DNA from: Oculatellaceae cyanobacterium bins.114
GTDB lineage: Bacteria > Cyanobacteriota > Cyanobacteriia > Elainellales > Elainellaceae
Reading direction: 5' to 3'
Assembly: GCA_033764315.1 (NCBI GenBank)
Contig: JANRJA010000217.1
Location: forward strand, 1-45,210
Length of the DNA stretch: 45,210 bases
How positions within the stretch are numbered: position 1 is the stretch's first letter; every line of letters starts with the position of its first letter. This document shows positions 40,149 through 45,210 of the stretch, piece after piece. The notes below the pieces were generated by a model. The model ran no database searches. It was not told where the DNA came from and worked only from the letters and a program-made list of their open reading frames with translations. The position numbers and the translations under genes are program-made.

Positions 40149-40751
40149 CTAGTCCAGCTTTTCACCGCTCAGAATAAAAATCGGATCGACTGCAACAAAA
40201 AGTTGATGGTTGCCTCTGACTTCTAAGCGATTGATTGCAGATTGCACTACTTCAACGTTGCGGGCTTGCAGTTCGGCAAGGCTCTCAGAGATAGCGTAGA
40301 GGGTTTCCAAGCTGGTGGCAGTCGCCACGACTCGACCTTGAGGTTGCAGGCGTTGCCATATATCTTGGAGGATAGTTTTGATGGGTCGTCCGCCTTCAAT
40401 GCAAACACAATCAGGGCGTTGGGTTAACCCCTTGAGGCAGTCGGGTGCAATGCCTTCGATCACCTCAACATTCTTGACTGCAAAGCGATCGCAGTTGCGT
40501 CGAATTAAACTTGCTACTTCTTCATCCCGTTCTACTGCGACAATTTTGGCTTCAGGGCATAACAATCCGACTTCTACGGGAATGGTGCCTGTTCCTGCAC
40601 CGATGTCCCAAAAAACGGCATTTGCCTTTAAGCGCAGATGCGAAACAATCAACAAACGTACTTCTCGTTTGCTCATCGGAATGCCTGGTAGCTGTTCAAA
40701 TAGCTCATCGGGAATACCAGGAGTCTTATAAGACCAAAGGGAGGTAGGCAT
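40149..40751 (-). CDS. cbiT: Precorrin-6B C15-methyltransferase (decarboxylating) subunit
   Basis: TPGIPDELF, PMSKREVR, WDIGAGTGTI. Confidence 0.92.
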   Translation of the reverse strand: MPTSLWSYKTPGIPDELFEQLPGIPMSKREVRLLIVSHLRLKANAVFWDIGAGTGTIPVEVGLLCPEAKIVAVERDEEVASLIRRNCDRFAVKNVEVIEGIAPDCLKGLTQRPDCVCIEGGRPIKTILQDIWQRLQPQGRVVATATSLETLYAISESLAELQARNVEVVQSAINRLEVRGNHQLFVAVDPIFILSGEKLD

Positions 40752-40811
40752 GTGAGGGCAATTAAAAAAGTACAGGTAGAACGTCAGAAGACAACGCTTC
40801 ACTTCACAGCT

Positions 40812-40920
40812 TACGCGATGTGCAACTTAGAGGTTTAGATCCCCGGTTACTCGTTCAGCATCCTCAAAGGAGTCTGATTTGCGTCACAGCAACCGGAGAT
40901 CTGGGAAAGTCGCACACGGG
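40812..40920. mobile_element. ~110 bp dispersed MITE-like repeat, copy 2 (inverted relative to 5902-6010)
   Basis: The reverse complement aligns with 5902-6010 with scattered substitutions and one small indel. Confidence 0.85.
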
Positions 40921-41070
40921 GGCAGCTTATAACTCAATTCCTCGAGTGGTTGGTCAAGGACGAAAGAGAGCTTAGGGGTAAATGGGTAAATGATATAGAT
41001 AGAAGAATCGATAGAAAGTACAGCACATCCACTCATCCACCCACCTTCCCCTCAACTCAAAGTTGTCAAT

Positions 41071-42633
41071 CTAACAAGCTTTCACAACTTTTAGGGTTGA
41101 GAGGGTGGCATCGACGCATCCTGTAATTACCCCTCCTGTATCTAACACGTGTTGTAAGTAAGCGATCGCCTCAGTTGTGATAGGTTCACCAGGCACCAGC
41201 ACCGGAATGCCAGGAGGATAGGGGCAGACTAACTCGGCACTGATGCGATCGACCGCTTGGGTCATTGCCACCATTTCTGATGGGGCAAAGAAAGCCTCGC
41301 GGGGTAAGATCAAAGATTGGGCTATGGGGGTTGAAGCGTTTAAGAAAGCAGGATAGGAAAACCGTTTTGCATCGCTTATTTCATCGCTGACAGCCCTTAT
41401 TTCATTACTGTCATCACTTAGCTGTTGACGCAATAACGACTGACTGAGGGCTTTAAACCCCTGTATCAGGTGCCCAATATCTTGGGGAGTGTTGCCAATG
41501 CTGATGATGAAGGTGATATGACGCAATGACGGCAACTCAGCCGTTATCCCCAAGGTTTTGTGCAAGATCTCGTCAGCTTCAAATCCGGTTAGCCCCAACT
41601 GAGTAACGTTGACCGTCAAGCGAGTGCGATCGAGGTAGGCAGCCCCTAAAAAGCCCTTGAGATGAGTGGGTTCCAAGACCGAGATTCCAGAAATCTGGCT
41701 CAACTGAGTTCGGGCAATATCTGCGAGAGCCAGAGTTTGAGAGAGCAGGTCACGCCCTTGCATCGCCATTTGATGACGAGCCGCATCTAACGACGCCAAC
41801 AGCACAAAACTAGGGCTAGTGGATTGCACCAGTTGCAGCGATCGCTGTAATCGGTCACGGTCAATGCGATCGCCCTGAACATGCACCATAGCAGATTGGG
41901 TCATCGCCCCTAGAGTTTTATGGGTCGATTGCACCGTCAAATCAGCACCGCTTGCCAGAGCTGAGGGGGGTAAGTCGGGATGAAACGCCAGGTGGGCACC
42001 ATGCGCCTCATCCACCAACAACGGGATTTGATAGTGGTGGACGAGTTGAGCGATCGCCTCCAAGTTACCGCAGACTCCGTAATAGGTGGGACACACCACC
42101 ATCACCGCCTTTGCATCGGAGTGTTGCTCCAAAGTTGCTGCTACGGTCGCCAAAGAAACGCTGTGAGCAATATCCCAACTGGGGTCATAGTCAGGCTGCA
42201 TAAATACTGGAACTGCCCCAGAGAGAATTAAAGCGGCGATCGCAGATTGATGGACATTGCGCGGCAGGATGATTTTGTCACCTGGATTGCAAACCGCCAA
42301 AATCGCCGCCTCAATGCCGCAGGTTGACCCATTTGCCAAAAACCAGGTCTGCTCTGCCCCAAATGCCTGTGCCGCTAACTCTTGTGCTTGGCAAATCACC
42401 CCCACCGGAGCAAACAAATTATCCAGGTCAGGCAATTCTGGCAAATCGGCTTGAAAGACGCGATCGCCCATCACCGCCGACAGTTTTGAGTGAATGCCTT
42501 GTCCTCGCTTGTGCCCTGGTGTGTAAAACGCTGCATGAGGACGTTGAGCGCATTGGTAGAGCGCGTCCAGGAGAGGGGTTGATGTTTGAGAGAGATTTGG
42601 GTGATTCAAGATCTGTAAATGGTGAATTGGCAA
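41071..42633 (-). CDS. PLP-dependent Orn/Lys/Arg decarboxylase (start uncertain)
   Basis: FYTPGHK, NGST, RNVHQS, VDEAHG, QSTHK, STSPS, PYPPGIP. Confidence 0.92.
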   Translation of the reverse strand: MPIHHLQILNHPNLSQTSTPLLDALYQCAQRPHAAFYTPGHKRGQGIHSKLSAVMGDRVFQADLPELPDLDNLFAPVGVICQAQELAAQAFGAEQTWFLANGSTCGIEAAILAVCNPGDKIILPRNVHQSAIAALILSGAVPVFMQPDYDPSWDIAHSVSLATVAATLEQHSDAKAVMVVCPTYYGVCGNLEAIAQLVHHYQIPLLVDEAHGAHLAFHPDLPPSALASGADLTVQSTHKTLGAMTQSAMVHVQGDRIDRDRLQRSLQLVQSTSPSFVLLASLDAARHQMAMQGRDLLSQTLALADIARTQLSQISGISVLEPTHLKGFLGAAYLDRTRLTVNVTQLGLTGFEADEILHKTLGITAELPSLRHITFIISIGNTPQDIGHLIQGFKALSQSLLRQQLSDDSNEIRAVSDEISDAKRFSYPAFLNASTPIAQSLILPREAFFAPSEMVAMTQAVDRISAELVCPYPPGIPVLVPGEPITTEAIAYLQHVLDTGGVITGCVDATLSTLKVVKAC

Positions 42634-42699
42634 TCGTCAATCGCCAGTAAATTTAGATCTCCGGCATCTTAGAGATTTTGGAGATCTAGTAACCCACGA

Positions 42700-43284
42700 T
42701 TAATGAAAGAGCCAACTGGTAAAGGCATACTTTTCACCCTTGTGAATGGGCAATGACTCATGGGGATGGGTGAAGTAGGAGGGAAACACCAACACTGCTC
42801 CAGTTTCAGGTTTGACTTTGATATCTTGGCGATCGAAATAGGTTTCACCCCCTTCAAAGTCGTCGTTGAGATACCCCACTACGCTAATATCGCGGGTTGG
42901 AATGCCCTCTTGCACTTCTTGAAAGCGACTCGATAGCAAGACATTATCCACATGCCGCTGATAAAACTGTCCCTCTCGATAGCGCAAGATTGTGCAGGGT
43001 TCGGCATAGGGAAACTTTAGACCAAACTCTTGATGGAGCAGGTTTTGGGCGATCGCCAACCGTCCTAAAAGGAGTTGATTGGTCGATTGCAGGAGGCTAT
43101 CTTCGCCACCGAGTTGCAGCATATCGTTACTACGAACCTGGGTATCCACGGCATCTAACAAGATTCCAGCAGATTCAAATTGCCGACATTCCGCCACTTG
43201 AATGATGTGTTGACAGAGCGCGGGTTCAAGCAATCCTTTGATCAGAAAAACATCGTTCCCCAAAGGGGTGAGGATCTGAGGCAT
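42700..43284 (-). CDS. 2OG-Fe(II) oxygenase (prolyl 4-hydroxylase-like)
   Basis: RHVD, YLNDDFEGGET, HPHE, KYAFTSW; likely ATG at 43284. Confidence 0.88.
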   Translation of the reverse strand: MPQILTPLGNDVFLIKGLLEPALCQHIIQVAECRQFESAGILLDAVDTQVRSNDMLQLGGEDSLLQSTNQLLLGRLAIAQNLLHQEFGLKFPYAEPCTILRYREGQFYQRHVDNVLLSSRFQEVQEGIPTRDISVVGYLNDDFEGGETYFDRQDIKVKPETGAVLVFPSYFTHPHESLPIHKGEKYAFTSWLFH

Positions 43285-43473
43285 TGATAAAAGGGTAAAA
43301 GGTAAAGGGTAATGAGATCGATCGGTGGATGGGTCGATGCAATGACAGGATGTACCTTCTATAACCGTAGTCATTCAGATTAGAACGGAGTACACGAGTG
43401 GAACCCCTGAGTGATAGCCTCACCCATACTCCCTTTGTCTCACCTAGCTAGCTACAGCTATACCTAACCATTC

Positions 43474-43577
43474 AAAACCTAAAACTCAAAACTCAAACTT
43501 AAAACCTAAAACTCAAAACTCAAAACTCAAAACCTAAAACTCAAAACCTAAAACTCAAAACTCAAAACTCAAAACTC
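43474..43577 (+). repeat. Short tandemly repeated repetitive (STRR) heptamer array
   Basis: 15 units of AAAACTC/AAAACCT, one of them 6 nt. Confidence 0.95.
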
Positions 43578-43638
43578 TCCCACTCTTCCATCCACCCTGC
43601 TGAATGATAACCTAGAGCAATTGCCCTTGCGATCGCTT

Positions 43639-45073
43639 ATGATTAAACGCTCATCAACAGCTCAACGGTTATCTGAACCGATTGATCGGGTTGCCATTAT
43701 CGTGATTGCGATATTGAGTGTGCTGATTGGCTTGCTGTTACTCAGCAGTGGTCACACAGCCCCTCGCATTCGCGATTTTAGCTGGCAAGGCAAACAAATT
43801 GGGGCAGAAGATACGGCATTTTTGTTGACTTTTAGCCGCCCGATGAACCATGCCAGTGTCGAAAACAACTTGCGAATTGAGCCACCTCTCGCTGGAAAGT
43901 TTAGCTGGGCGGGGCGACGCATGGCGTATACCTTAACGTCTCCTGCTCCCTATGGCACCGATTTTCAGGTAAAGCTGCAAGGGGCACGCGATCGCTTTAG
44001 TGAGCCAACCGATACTAAGGCTCAAATCCAACCCTTTACCGAAACGTTTCAGACTCGCGATCGCGCCTTTGTCTATTTGGGCGTTGAAAAAGAAGAAGCA
44101 GGACGGTTAGTTTTCTACAACCTGACACGCCAAACAAAGCAACTCTTGACCCCTGCTAATTTAGTGGTGATGGACTTTGAACCCTATCCCAATGGCGATC
44201 GCATTTTGTTTGCGGCAAGCGATCGCACCGCTCAAGCCCAGGGAATGCTCGATCAACGGCTCTATACCGTCACCACTGGAATTCAAGTAAAATCCCCCGC
44301 TGAGCCTCCTTTAGCCAATCAAAATACGGCGTCTCCAGTGGCCTCTACATCGCCACAACCCGCCGGAGTGATTGAAGAAATACTTGATAGCAAAGACTAC
44401 CAAAATCTCAAGTTTGACCTATCTCCTGACGGTCAAATCATCATTGTGCAACGGGTCAACCGCACTGACCCGGCTGATTTTGGGTTGTGGCAGATCAAAC
44501 CCAATCAACCCCCTCAACCCTTAAAAACGGAACCAGGGGGCGATTTCTTAATTACCCCTGATAGCCAAGCTTTGGCAATGGCTCAAGGTCAGGGCATGGC
44601 GATCTTGCCCCTTGAATCAGGAGCCAACCCACTGGATTTTTTGCCCAAATTTGGTATGACGCTCAGCTTTGCCAGAGATGGCTCTGCGGCATCTATGGTG
44701 CAATTTAACGCTGACCCTGGCAACCCAACGCGATCGCTCTTTGTGGTGACCAATCAAGGCACCGATAAAGAACTGTTGCAAACCAATGGCTCGATTCTCA
44801 ATGCTCAATTTGACCCTACCAATCGGGTTCTGTATTGCCTGATCACCACCCGCCTCGAAGGAGACGACTATTTAGAGCAACCCTACTTGAGTGCCGTCAA
44901 CTTAGAAACAGCAAAGCGGACTGATTTGCTCAAACTACCCATTCAGCGAGACATCCAAATGAGCTTGGCTCCTGATGGCTTAGGCATCTTGTTTGACCAG
45001 GTCATCACAGCTAATCCTGAGCAATCTTCTGATAGTGGTTTACAAAGTCAAGATGGAGGGGCGATCGCCACTA
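43639..45073 (+). CDS. Membrane-anchored Ig-like plus beta-propeller (TolB-like) protein, 3' end interrupted by an IS
   Basis: N-terminal TM helix, LTFSRPM, repeated (S/T)PDG motifs; the sequence after ...AIATS reads into IS DNA. Confidence 0.75.
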
Positions 45074-45210
45074 GTGCTGTGTCACAGCTTAATTTTAGGG
45101 TAGACAGAAGTGAGTTTACATCGAGCATCATCGATCTTCATCTGCCAATCAACACCCCGTTGAGTGTTGTTAACATCAGTTGACCAAGCGGCCGTTGCCT
45201 CTCGTAAGGT
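45072..45210 (-). mobile_element. End of an IS630-family insertion sequence (transposase C-terminus at 45082-45210)
   Basis: Minus strand reads TLREATAAWSTDVNNTQRGVDWQMKIDDARCKLTSVYPKIKL*, an IS630-type VDWQF..DAR.KL..LYP tail. The stop is followed by CACAGCAC then a TA target dinucleotide at 45072-45073. Confidence 0.85.

Noticed and set aside
43474..43577. Heptamer array as something novel
   Set aside because: Ordinary cyanobacterial STRR; similar short runs occur at 17510-17530 and ~43290-43310.

Overview
Cyanobacterial chromosome window. The evidence is dense HIP1 octamers (GCGATCGC), psb27, a Hik2-like kinase, phylloquinone genes and short dispersed/tandem repeats; the repeat types resemble filamentous Leptolyngbya/Oculatella-type strains, which is an inference. 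The main feature is a complete diversity-generating retroelement (DGR) inserted on the minus strand between ureB and ureC. Its order is a small EACC1-like gene, a caspase plus FGE-sulfatase/C-lectin target gene with a 3' variable region (VR 3300-3424), a DNA hairpin, avd, reverse transcriptase, and the template repeat (TR 1636-1760). TR and VR differ at 12 of 125 positions, and all 12 are adenines in the TR sense strand. Downstream of ureC is a ~5 kb patchwork of Uma2, toxin-antitoxin, XisH/XisI, pseudogene and fusion-gene modules whose junctions often fall on HIP1 sites. The rest is mostly housekeeping (menE/menC, purH, rplY, purA, add, psb27, cinA, hik2, recQ, cdsA, cbiT). The window also holds several MITE-like repeats and the end of an IS630 element that interrupts the last gene.
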